This document shows positions 40,581-53,261 of a stretch of DNA of 64,000 nucleotides, in pieces. Below the pieces are notes generated by a model that saw only the letters and a program-made list of their open reading frames with translations, did no database searches and was not told the origin of the DNA. Position 1 is the first letter of the stretch; every line of letters begins with the position of its first letter. Both the position numbers and the translations under genes were made by a program. Source of the stretch: Octopus vulgaris (lineage: Eukaryota); the NCBI GenBank assembly GCA_951406725.2, contig OX597814.1, forward strand, positions 156,860,001 to 156,924,000, read 5' to 3'.

Positions 40581-41538
40581 CAAATATATACTCCCTTACA
40601 TCACACACATGCACACACAAACATTAAAAAATACTCACACATTCATAAACATAAACTATATAATGAATCTTCTATTCTGTCACTCAAGCTGCTAAAAATA
40701 GAAACTAAGCTTCTCACAAATCATTTCCTGCTGCCTAAAAGAGGGGATAGAAGAAGAACAGATTAAATAATTTAGTATAAGATAACCCTGAAAATATAGG
40801 ACTGTCACAGCAGGAATACCACTTACTTATTTATAGAGTCTGATTGATCAGACATCTAGTTTCAATACTTGTTGAAAGAGATATTTCAGCAAGACAGACA
40901 GACAGACACACATGCACATGCACACACACACACACACACACACACATTGGAACATTTGGTTTTGTAAGTAAATGCCTCACTGTCGGTCTGCATAAGCTTA
41001 GATTTTCAGAAAATGAAATCATCCAACTGATTCGTACATCACAAATAACAATCTGTGAGTAGAACAGTAAAACTATGCAAGACACTTTTTTTTTTTCAGG
41101 TTTAAAATTTGACATGACTTTCATTATCTACATTCCAATGATGGAGCTTTTTATCTTTGCTAGAAACCAGCTTCTTCAGAGGAAGAATTTAAATGATTAA
41201 AAACAAAAAGAGAGACATACATGTATACACACATACATATAAACATATATATTGATATACATATACACATATATAAACATATATATACAGATATACATAT
41301 ACACACTTATATACATACATACACACATGTACATGTATCTATATACATACACACACACACACACATATATACATATACTCATTTTCTTTTAATTGTTGTA
41401 TATTGAATAAATAACCTTTTGGGTTGTGAAAAGATTTTCTCTACCAAATTGTGTATTTACTGAAAAAACAGTAGAAAATTGCGTGTTTTCCATCCCTATA
41501 AAGGAAATTGTTTTCCTTGTATTGAATTTATTTTACAT

Positions 41539-41579
<41 letters not shown>

Positions 41580-41582
<3 letters not shown>

Positions 41583-42530
41583 GATGCATGTGTACGAACA
41601 GCCATGCTACATGGCAGTGAAACATGGGCCGTGACTGCTGAGGATATGTGTAAGCTCGCAAGAAATGAAGCCAGTATGCTCCGATGGATGTGTAATGTCA
41701 GTGTTCATACTTGACAGAGTGTAAGTACTTTGAGAGAAAAGTTGGACCTAAGAAGCATCAGTTGTGGTGTGCAAGAGAGACGTTTGTACTGGTATGGTCA
41801 TGTGGCGAGAATGGATGAAGATAGTTGTGTGAAAAAGTGCCACACCCTAGCGGTTGAGGGAACCTATGGAAGAGGTAGACCCAGGAAAACCTGGGATGAG
41901 GTGGTGAAGCACGACCTTCGAACTTTAGGTCTCACCGAGGAAATGACTAGAGACCGAGACCTTTGGAAGTATGTTGTGCGTGAGAAGACCTGGCAAGACA
42001 AGTGAGGCCATAACCCGTGACCTCAGTCCACTCATGCATACCTTTCCTTCTTGGGACACAAAACTCTACTTGTGAAGACCTGTTGAGGCAAGTGAAAAAC
42101 AAAATCAAAATCAAAATCGATCAACATCAATGGAAATTGTAGCTGTGATACCAGTGCCAGTGGCACATAAGAGAACCATCCAAACATGGCCTTTGCCAGC
42201 GCTGCCCCGACTGCCTCCATGCCAGTGGCACGTAAAAAGCACCATCCGATCGTGGCTGTTGCCAGCCCCGCCTGGTTTCCGTGCCGGTGGCACGTAAGAA
42301 GCACCATCCGATCATGGCTGTTTGCCAGCTTCGTCTAGCACCTGTGCCGATGGCACGTAAAAAGCACCCACTACACTCATGGAGTGGTTAGCATTAGGAA
42401 GGGCATCCAGCCGTAGAAACATTGCCAGATCAGACTGGGCCTGGTGCAGCCTTCTGGCTTCCCAGACCCAGTTGAACTGTCCAACCCATGCCAGCATGGA
42501 AAGCGGACGCTAAACGATGATGATGATGAT
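41580..42530 (+). mobile_element. 5'-truncated RTE LINE: ORF C-terminus plus minisatellite-bearing 3' UTR
   Basis: YDACVRTAMLHGSETW...RRLYWYGHVARM...GRGRPRKTWDEVVKHDL, stop at 42003-42005. Then three ~60-bp units, the terminal module and an (ATG)n tail. Confidence 0.9.
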
Positions 42531-42554
42531 ACATATAAATATCTCTCTCTCTCT

Positions 42555-42625
<71 letters not shown>

Positions 42626-43735
42626 AATACATATACATATATGTTAACAGTTATTGCCAAGTTAATATGGCAGTCCATAAATATAGGACTAAAGCTGCCA
42701 TTGTTTAGCTCCAAGAGGCCATTGCCTGTAGCTAGCTATATGACACACGAACCTGTGTCCATTATAACCTTCAAACAGGGGAGGTCGGCCGCTTCCCCTT
42801 GCTGATCAGGCATCTGCAGACATATTTCAGGGTATTTGCCCTTTATCAATGCAGAGTAGCCAAGGCATCGCTGCTGACCGTCTGTTTGAAGGATTATTTA
42901 CCTGATTTCAGAGATGCGAGATAGGAGATGGAGTGCTATAAAAAAGGAGAGGAACAGGTGAAGGGAGAGCAAGGTGAGCAATAGGCATGTTGAGGAAGCA
43001 GAAAGAGAAGGGTTGGCAGAGTACAATATATTACAGCCTCTAAACATTATCCTTGCGTTAGGGTATGTTTAGCCATGAATGGTCAGCATCATATGATGCT
43101 GAACAGCATGGTCCATTATCATCTGCACTATGTATATATGTGTATGAGTGTATATGTGTGTGTACATATGTGTATTTGCATATCTACATGATATATACAT
43201 ACATAAATACAGAGAGAGACAGAGAGAAATATACACTAACAGCCACGTGTGTGCATGTTCGTCAACACACACATACACACACACACGCACGCACACACAT
43301 ACACACGTGTATGTGGTGTATTTCTTGATCTAGTTCCGTATTTCTGAGATTTGCTGAGCTGAAGAAAATGTCACCTGTGGAGTAGGTGTAAAGATTTCCC
43401 GTTAGTGTTTAATATACGTCTAAGAAATTTCTTGCTTTCACTTTGATGTGTCGTTGATACAGAATCCAAATCTTAGATGAATATTACGATGGTGTGATAA
43501 CGCAAGGATCGTAGATACAAAATTTCATGGAAAGCTTCAAGTCCCGTCTGACCAGGCTCATTTCTTTTCTGTCTAAAACACAACTGAAACCTCAATCTAG
43601 TTTGATCTCGAAATTTAGAGATCCATCTCTGGAAATGAGCTGCCAAGATATACAAATATTCCCCTCCATCTTAATTCTGTTCTTTGGACACCACATATTT
43701 CTTTCCTGTAACTTGTGTAAACATCATCTTTGTTT

Positions 43736-44010
43736 GGCATTCCTTCGATATAACTCGACAAAATCAAAACATTTCACATCGGGTTATTTCCGTGGGTTGT
43801 GGAGTATAGATACGGCGAAATTATGCCTGGCAATGTCCCATTTTAAACTTGAAGAAGAAAAGCCTTGCGTATTTGTTCTTACCTGTTTCATGTGTGTATG
43901 TAAAATCCGCAAATTTCCAAGCAGAAAACAGAATCGAACAGTCATTTGCTTCCACGGAAATACCCGAAGGGAAATGTTTTGATTTTGTCGAGTTATATCG
44001 AAAGAATGCC
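43736..44010. mobile_element. MITE with ~60-bp TIRs and 8-bp TSD (Merlin- or hAT-like)
   Basis: TIR GGCATTC(C/T)TTCGATATAACTCGACAAAATCAAAACATTTC...; perfect TSD CTTTGTTT at 43728-43735 and 44011-44018. Confidence 0.88.
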
Positions 44011-44895
44011 CTTTGTTTACCTCGAGTCTGAAAACAATAAACTTTCACTGGAAACATACATAGCACAAAAGAATAAGTTTTATGTTATATTCACTCTGGA
44101 CAAAGTCGATGATTCTTTAGATTAGGCAGGAGTGACAATTTCTCAGACGAACATTCTGGAGTGATGAATTTTCAGATGATCCGGAAATACAACCCAACAC
44201 GTGTGCTTTAATTATTATAATGACTGTAAAACGATCCAGTTGTTATGTGTGCATTTACACGCAAGACTATACCTAAAACGAATTTCAAAAACAAAAAGGA
44301 AAGAAATACAGAAAAGAAGACTGTCCTTACATTTTCAACACATTCTGCAAAAAAAACCAAAAAAAAAACCGTGACAATTATATAATGTTTAGATATACGA
44401 AGGAAAACAACGAAATTTATTCATAGAAAGCGACATGCATCATATAGTGGTGGGAAAATAAATAAAAGGAAGAAACATTTCACTTAACGTTGATTTGATG
44501 ATAAGGTTAGGTCGATCTGGACAGGTCAAACGATAAAGAGAAGAAGAAGAAGAAAAAACATTTAATTGCTAACCTTGGACTGTACCTTGCGCATTGTCAG
44601 CAACAAACGACGAAGCCACGTTGGTATGCTACTACAACAATACAGATAAGCTTTTAATACTGATTAAAAGTAAAATAAATTAACGTGAGAGGAGGGTAAA
44701 CAAATATACACTTTGCCAGATGCGATAAAAACTCGGAAGCAACCTATACACAATCGTTTATCCACCACCTCACCAACAACAACATCACCACTCCCATTTG
44801 CAACCCACCGGCTTTCTTTCTTTCTTTTTTCCTTTCTTTCTCTTCTTTCTTTCTTCAGTCGTTTAATTCCTGTTTTACCCAAAGCACTCGCGCGC

Positions 44896-45080
<185 letters not shown>

Positions 45081-45135
45081 GCCATTTACAAACACACCCA
45101 TGTTTGTATGTATGTATTTATGTATGTATGTATGT

Positions 45136-47830
45136 CATTGTTCAGTTTTATTTCAAGATTACTTGCCAACAGAGAAAGAGCTGGTTTCTAACCTAGATTC
45201 AAGGCTCCTTCATTGGAAATTCAACAAAAACAACAGTATTTTTGTTTTATATGTATGTATGTATATGTGTAAATTTATATGTTTTGCTTTATGTATGTAT
45301 TCTCATGCATATAGTTGCATATCTAGACATGCTCATATATATTTAAATGATAAACTTCTGGACGTTTTACAGATTTTTACAGTTCCAGTGATGAATTGAA
45401 TTTGTAGTCTTCAAATTAGCTTTCTCCTCTCTGGTTTTGAGGAGCCTAATTTCTCAAGATTGGTATTTAGGCTATGTGTTACATATCCCAGGGTCCCAAT
45501 AATTACAGGTATAAACCTAAACTTGTAATCTAGATAGAGTAACTGCAGATTTCTCAATAGTTCAGCATAGGTGTTCTCTTTTTCACTGATCTTTGGCTTT
45601 AAGTTAACATCTGCTGAGCAGCTAATTTCCACAACTGTGCACAGTTTCTCTTCTCTATACCAGATCATTATATCAGGTCTGTTGTGCTTACATTTTATTG
45701 AACACTCCATATTTCACTGGAACATTCCACCAGTACTCCTTATTATTATGAGTGGCTATGGCTTCTACAATACTGAAGGTTCTTATTTCTTTGTCTTCAG
45801 GGTTATCTTTCCAGCAGATTTTATTACAGAGTGTCCTAGCTACAACATCATGTCTCATCGGTAGATAATAACATGATGACATTTTCAGACAACTGCTTAT
45901 GATACGGGTGATATCTTCAGTGTTAATTCTACAAAGTCTGCATCAGTTGTCACATTTTACAGCTGTTCCTGTATCTTTCTCCTTTTGTGCATCATGTACT
46001 TAGGTGATATTTCCTGTTCCTGGATTGCAAACACGTACCCTTCACAGTGGGAGGTTGTAATCCAGCTATTGGTCCATGATAGACTGCTTTGATGGTCAAT
46101 GTTACTATCATCTCGGAGCTTTCTACTAACATATCCATGCGTAGTCTTCTACTCATATAGGCTCATCTTTACATCTGATAATATGTTGCTGTAGAATCGT
46201 GCAACTTCTTTGGGCATATATCCTAGATTATCAGACAAAGAATGTTGTTGAAGGAGGTGCCTTCCAAGTCTTATGATGTTATCGGCCTCATGTATGCAAA
46301 CTTGGTCAAGGGATGCACTTCAATACTTGGTGGTTAAAAGATGTTTCTAGAAGGATATGACATGATATTCAAAGGCATTGTGGATCAATGTTAAGCCTCT
46401 GCTGCCTTGTTTTAGTTTTAGGTAGAGGCAGTCTATGTCACTGTTCATGTGGAAAATATGTGTGCTTGTTAGTATTTTTCAGGTTTTCACATCAATGGCT
46501 CGGATCCCATCAAGTGTCCAATCAAGCAGCCCAAATGGTGGTATGAGTACTGGCACTGCAAACACATTGTAGGCCACTGTTTTTTTTTTAATGCAGAGAG
46601 TTCTGAGGTTCGAATTTTCTTTATTTGGTTGTAATACTCTTTAGTGACACATGTTTTGTTACTGGTGCCACTGTAAGATGTTTTCATCCACTCCTAGACA
46701 CCTGTAACATTCTTAATCAGATATAGGTAAAACAGTCAAATCATTGATGGAGATGTTGCTAGTCTGGTTTATAGTTTCCCATTTTACACTACTATATAGC
46801 AACATTTATCCTGGCCAAACTTCAACCCTACATCTTTTGAGAATGCTGTAACTAGATCAAGGCTCTTTTTCATCTCATGCATATTCTTTGCATAAAGTTT
46901 CAAGTCATCCACAAAGAAACTGTGTAATTTTGGTATTTCTGTTTCCTTGTGAACCAGTGAGATATCCTTCAGACTTACTTAACATGAATAACAAGGGGTT
47001 TACAGAAATTATAAACAACACTACAGAGAGGCTGTCCCCTTGGAATATACTTTTGCAATACTGTATTCTGTCAGTGATAATACAGTCACTCTTTGTATTT
47101 AATTTCAAGATGGTGACCCATGATAAAGTCAGGTTAGCTATGGCTTTGGCTATGCTCACTGGAACTTTAGCAAGTTGAAGGGCTTCTAGCATCCTTGAAT
47201 GGGGAACAGAGTCAAAGGCTTTCTTGTAGACTAGCCACATTGAAACTAGGTTCTTCCCATGCTCCCACACCCCTGACATCACAGTTTTGCTGATTAACAA
47301 TTGCTCAGCACATCCCAAGACTCCCTTCTTCCCAGCTGCTTGTTCAGCTGTGATGATGTTATTGGTTTCTCAATGGTCCTGGAGGAAGAGGTTTAAACAT
47401 GCTGTAATATATCTTATACACTAAGTTCTGGTAGTTTTTTGCCTTATGGGTGGTTCTGCATTTGGGGATCAACTTTGGCTCTGCTAGTCCTAACCAGTGT
47501 GGTATGCTACTGTTCCCAATGAAAGCTTGCTGGTACAGATTGGTAGGATATGGTTGGTAGAATGTTAGCTTCTTGTACCAATATTCAACAATCAATTCTC
47601 TTCCAGGTGCTTTTCCATCCTGGAATTTCTGGATCACAGTTGCAAGAGTTTCGCCATCAATGTTGTATGTTTTGGATGTAATGCAGGAGCAATAACTTTT
47701 TCGGATTTCTTTTAGCCACAGAGCATCTTGGTTAAATTCCTTCTCTTCACTCAAGATTTTCCTCCAGAAGAAGTCTACTTTTGTGACGGAGCTTCCATGA
47801 TGTTTACTTCTCCTCTTCTCTTGTCTTTCA
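45136..47830 (-). pseudogene. R4/Dong-clade non-LTR retrotransposon (RT + CCHC + REL endonuclease), 5'-truncated and decayed
   Basis: KAPG, KKAFDSVPH, IFQGDSLS, FVDDLKLYA (~46889-46919), CRLC...SSC, RHDVVA, NRPDI..VVEISC, IPVIIGTLG, TGTVKICKT. AATAAA at 45147-45152, then (ACAT)n. Confidence 0.9.
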
Positions 47831-47892
47831 TACATATATACATATGTATGTATGTATGTATGTAAGTATGCATGCATGCATGTATGTATGTA

Positions 47893-48736
47893 GAACATAA
47901 TATCTTTGTCCAGGGTACAAGATTAGACGTGATTGACTTGTTAATCTACCTTGGCAGCACTCTCTCTAGAGATGGATCCCTTGATTCTGAAATAAACCTG
48001 GGAGTTGGAAAAGCCAGCAAAATATTTGGAAGGCTTGAAAATCGTGTGTGCTCTGATAGAGGCATCGCCTTCAAAACCAAGCTTAGTATCTATGAATCTT
48101 GCATTTTAACAGTCCTCCTGTACTCTTCTGAGCCCTGGATGACATATTGGTGCCACATCAAAGCTTTAGAAAGATTCCATCAGACTTGCCTAAGGAGGAT
48201 ACTAGACAGCAAATGACAGTCTTTAACACCAGACACCGTTGTTCCTCAGCAAGCTAACACATCTAGTATTGAAATGGTCCTCATACTCAAACAGATGTGT
48301 TGGGTTGGGCACCTTGCTAAGATGCAGGATGACAGGTTGCCAAAGCAGCTGTTTTATGGGGAGTTGCGGCATGGCAAACATCCAAGACATAAACCTATGT
48401 TACGTTATAGGGATGCTGTCAAAAGCAACATCAAGGCTCTTAATGTGAAAGTTGAAGGCTAGGAGCATATGATGCAAGATCAATCGGTTTAGAAACAAAT
48501 GATCTACAATAGATGTAAAGCATTTGAAGCTTGAAAAATTGAACACTCTATCTTGAAACGAGCACTTCATAGACAAGACTTAACTACAAACCCAGACACT
48601 TATCTGCTTAAAAATATTTGTAGTATCTGCAGTAGAGGTTGTTTGTCAAGAGCAGGACTTGCTAGTCATATAAGATCTCATGACAGTATTTATTAACTGA
48701 AGAGATGGCCTTCCGTAAAGAAGTGGCAATCATCAT
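47893..48736 (+). pseudogene. 5'-truncated RTE LINE with C-terminal C2H2 finger
   Basis: YLGSTLSRDGSLDSEI...TKLSIYESCILTVLLYSSE...RLPKQLFYGEL...CSICSRGCLSRAGLASHIRSH; same family as 5125-6165. Confidence 0.9.
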
Positions 48737-48767
48737 ATATGTGATAGAATACAGAATTCAAATTTTA

Positions 48768-48859
48768 TATCTCTGAAGAGCAGAAGAGTTGTCTATAAAT
48801 GCTTATCAATGTAGGATTTTATTATAGGGACAACTCTTCTGTGAAACGATCGTAAGATG
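48768..48859 (+). ncRNA. Minimal type I hammerhead ribozyme motif (extended stem II)
   Basis: TATCT-CTGAAGA-GCAGAAGAGTTGTC...GACAACTCTTCTGT-GAAAC-GATC-GTA-AGATG. Confidence 0.75.
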
Positions 48860-49769
48860 CTTTAAATACTTAATTCAAAGCTTTTAAACTGTCATATACA
48901 TTATATATTTATACTTATACATACTTACATATATTTTTATACATATTTATATTTATTTATTTATATATTTTTAATACAACAATTATTTTTCACATGTGTA
49001 TATCTTTCTGAGGAGTTTTCTGATATTGATTTCCTAATATTAATAATAATATATTATTAAAAAATATATATGTATATAATCACTCGTATTAAATATATAT
49101 AAATATATTAATAGTATTAATACTTTGATGCAATAGAGCACTCAATATAAATTCAGTATATAATATTCTTATTGAAGATATTTAACTAAAAATTTAAAGG
49201 TATAAACAGACAAACAACTGGTGTCAGGACAGATTATGACATTTATATATTTAAACATTGACACAACATAAGGGAAAAAATGAATGTTTCAAGAATTTAG
49301 ATCACAAGAAGTCAACAAAAGATCAGTTGAGGAATGTTCATAATGGTTATAGTATATGCTGATATTCTTCTGGGACAGTTATACTGTATGTCTGAATTAT
49401 TGGTATTAGATAGAGTCCAAAGCTGGATGAGGGAAAAGAAAAAGAAGGTCTGCAGATAGTTTCTTACAGCTGTTTCAAGAATAGATGTGCAGATGATGCA
49501 TTTTCCTACAAGTGTTTGGCAACCAATATTATAATAGTAACTTATGTATTCCATCATTGGAGGAGGAATGAGATGGATCCTTTATATACATATATATATA
49601 TACTCATACACACACACACATACATATATTTAAGTATGTGTGTGTGTGTGTGTGTGTGCTTTAGTCTGGCCCTTTCAAGTATAATAAAAGTAGTTGTTGA
49701 AACAATGACAAAAATGATATATTTATAGATATTCAAAATATAGTATAAATAATATACATACATGCAGTG

Positions 49770-50493
49770 ACCCATCTGTTCGTGTCCGCTGTCAGCCTCG
49801 TCTGGCACCCGTGCCGGTGATACGTAAAAGCACCATTCGCTCATGGCCGTTTGCCAGCTCTGCCTGGCCCCGTGTCGGTGGCACGTAAAAGCACCATCCG
49901 TTCGTGTTCATTGCCAGCCTCGCCTGGCCCCGTGCCGGTGACACGTAAAAGCACCGTCCGTTCGTGGCCGTTGGCCAGCTCTGTCTGGCCCCATGTCGGT
50001 GGCACGTAAAAGCACCATCCGTTCGTGGCCGTTTGCCAGCTCTGTCTGGCAACCGTGTCGGTGGCACGTAAAAGCACCATCCGTACGCGTCCATTGCCAG
50101 CCTCGGCTGGCCCCCGTGCCGGTGACACGTAAAAGCACCGTCCGTTCGTGGCCGGTTGCCAGCTCTGTCTGGCCCCGTGTCGGTGGCACGTAAAAGCACC
50201 ATCCGTTCGTGTCCGTTGCCAGCATCGCCTGGCCCCGTGCCAGTGACACGTAAAAGCACCATCCGTTCGTGGCCGTTCGCCAGCTCTGTCTGGCACCTGT
50301 GCAGGTGGCACGTAAAAAACACCCACTACACTCGCGGAGTGGTTGGCGTTAGGAAGGGCATCCAGCCGTAGAAACACTGCCAGATCTGACTGGGCCTGAC
50401 GAAGCCTTCCAGCTTCACAGACCCCAGTTGACCCATCCAACCCATGCTAGCATGGAAAACGGACGCTAAACGATGATGATGATGATGATGATG
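49770..50493 (+). mobile_element. RTE 3' UTR-only copy with about nine ~60-bp units
   Basis: Alternating unit variants (gcctcgcctggcccc / gctctgtctggcccc), terminal module, (ATG)n tail. Confidence 0.88.
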
Positions 50494-50587
50494 CACACAA
50501 CACACATTCAAACACATACAATGCATTCACACATGCACACACACACACATATACATTATATTATATTGTATATATATATATACATTA

Positions 50588-50967
50588 TCTCTTATTATAA
50601 AAGGCAGATTTTATCTGCCTCCCTTTGGGAGTTATACAAATCTACAATATAGGATTTCTTCAATTACAATTTACCTGGCATTTTTAAGAGTACAATGCAT
50701 CGCGTTATGCCAGGTCCAGTTTTTAAAATTTAAACTCCAATTAAGCAAAATTTACAGAAAACTCACATTCTGGTGTGTGTGTCAAATGCTTTTCTTAGTC
50801 TGGTTTACACCACACGCAAACGCACACACACAGTGGGCAACGAATAAAATGAAAGTAATTTACTTACTGTAGTGAGTGATTCTTTCACTCTGCCTCCCAC
50901 TTCCTCTTTCCACACATAGACACGCAAATATATAAATAAAATTGTAAGCTAACGTGCGTGTGTGTGA

Positions 50968-51006
<39 letters not shown>

Positions 51007-51400
51007 TGAGGGTGCGTGTGTGTGTGTGTGTGTGCGTGTGTGTGACAGGAAAGTTTTTTACGACGAATATAAGTAGCAGAAAGATAAGACAGTAAGGTGT
51101 GATTTGAGGGAGATTTGGCTGCTATTTCTACCATGTCTAGCTGCCATGTAGGGGTCTCCCTCATAGGCTCATACATACATACATGCTGGGGCAATGCCTT
51201 GAAGAATTGTAGTTTAATGAATCAACTCCAGTTTTATTTTTGTAAGCATTGTACTTATTCTATCTGTTTCCTTTGTCAAACCACTAGGTGACAGGGATGT
51301 AAACAAACCAACATTCGTTGTCAAGCAGTGGTGGAGGACAATCACAAGCACAGACACGCACACACACACACATACATGCATACACATATACACACATACA

Positions 51401-51436
<36 letters not shown>

Positions 51437-52270
51437 TATATGTGTATATATATATTGCAGCGTGGAAGGTGTTTGTAAGCCATTTAAGAAACACACAAAA
51501 ACCGTTACATTCACTTCAACATTTAAATTTAATTTGCCAAAATATTTTCGTCGCTTTCAGACCGCGACCTGTTCACTGACAAAAATATCGTGCTTAACAG
51601 GTCGTGGTCTCAAAGCGACGAAAATATTTTGACAAATTAAATTTAAATGTTGAAGTGAATCTAACGGTTTTTGTGTGTTTCTTAAATGACTTATAAACAC
51701 CTTCAACGCTGCAACTGTTTTCGTTCCAGCACACGATCTCAGATCAAGTCACTTGCTATGCAAGTACATCTCTGTAACTATATATATATTTATATATATA
51801 TATATATGTATATTGGTAAAAACAGTAAGATAACAAAAGAAAGAAAGAGACCTCAATATTATGTAAATAGAGGAAATCTTTATATATAAAAGTGAGGTTG
51901 TGTGTCTGTCTCCTACGATTTAGATTCCTAACTACTCCCACATTTTGCGGTGCAGTTTAACCAAAACCGGGTATCTTATAGTCGTGATTCATATCGAGAC
52001 CGTCTGGGTATTAGCGCGCGTCTACGATGAGTCTACGATTTAAAAAAATTTTACCATCAATTTTTCCCATTTTTAATCCATTTTTGACATATATAAGGGA
52101 AGTAACTCTCTAAAATTTATTATTAAATCTCAGAACGTAAAAAGCTACAGTAACACCCCTCCCCCTTTGTGGTTAGCCATATTGAGATGGCTATTATACT
52201 TTACATCTCTAAAAATGCTTATATAATTATTTCCCTTACAAACCCGAGCAACGCCGGGCGATACTGCTAG
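50588..52270 (+). mobile_element. Composite non-autonomous Helitron, copy A
   Basis: A|TCTCTTATTATAAAAGGCAG ... CCCGAGCAACGCCGGG-CGATACTG-CTAG|T; second internal 5'-end-like A|TCTTTATATATAAAAG at 51877. Confidence 0.88.
51455..51714. repeat. 260-bp hairpin (arms ~120 bp) carried inside Helitrons A, B and C
   Basis: ttgcagcgtggaaggtgtttgtaagcc...gaccgcgacctgtt / aacaggtcgtggtc...cttataaacaccttcaacgctgcaa. Confidence 0.9.
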
Positions 52271-52396
52271 TAAGAGATATAATATGATACAATACAATAT
52301 AATATAATATAATATATTATAATATAATATGATACAAAACAATATAATATAATATAATATATTATAATATAATATAATACAATATAATATATAATA

Positions 52397-53230
52397 CTAG
52401 CAGTATCGCCCGGCGTTGCTCGGGTTTGTAAGGGAAATAATTATATAAGCATTTTTAGAGATGTAAAGTATAATAGCCATCTCAATATGGCTAACCACAA
52501 AGGGGGAGGGGTGTTACTGTAGCTTTTTACGTTCTGAGATTTAATAATAAATTTTAGAGAGTTACTTCCCTTATATATGTCAAAAATGGATTAAAAATGG
52601 GAAAAATTGATGGTAAATTTTTTTTTAAATCGTAGACTCATCGTAGACGCGCGCTAATACCCAGACGGTCTCGATATGAATCACGACTATAAGATACCCG
52701 GTTTTGGTTAAACTGCACCGCAAAATGTGGGAGTAGTTAGGAATCTAAATCGTAGGAGACAGACACACAACCTCACTTTTATATATAAAGATTTCCTCTA
52801 TTTACATAATATTGAGGTCTCTTTCTTTCTTTTGTTATCTTACTGTTTTTACCAATATACATATATATATATATATAAATATATATATAGTTACAGAGAT
52901 GTACTTGCATAGCAAGTGACTTGATCTGAGATCGTGTGCTGGAACGAAAACAGTTGCAGCGTTGAAGGTGTTTATAAGCCATTTAAGAAACACACAAAAA
53001 CCGTTAGATTCACTTCAACATTTAAATTTAATTTGTCAAAATATTTTCGTCGCTTTGAGACCGCGACCTGTTAGCACGATATTTTTGTCAGTGAACAGGT
53101 CGCGGTCTGAAAGCGACGAAAATATTTTGGCAAATTAAATTTAAATGTTGAAGTGAATGTAACGGTTTTTGTGTGCTTCTTAAATGGCTTACAAACACCT
53201 TCCACGCTGCAATATATATATACACACATA

Positions 53231-53261
<31 letters not shown>

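Noticed and set aside
49770-50320. CRISPR-like or repeat-protein interpretation of the ~60-bp arrays
   Set aside because: There are no unique spacers or cas genes, the context is eukaryotic, and the units are the RTE 3' UTR. The overlapping CHRH/VPPA ORFs (also 59039-59770) are by-products.
52271-52388. Helitron 3' read-through transduction as the origin of copy A's flank
   Set aside because: It would explain the duplicated flank but not A's B/C mosaicism or B's truncation; the template-switch model accounts for all three. Not fully excluded.
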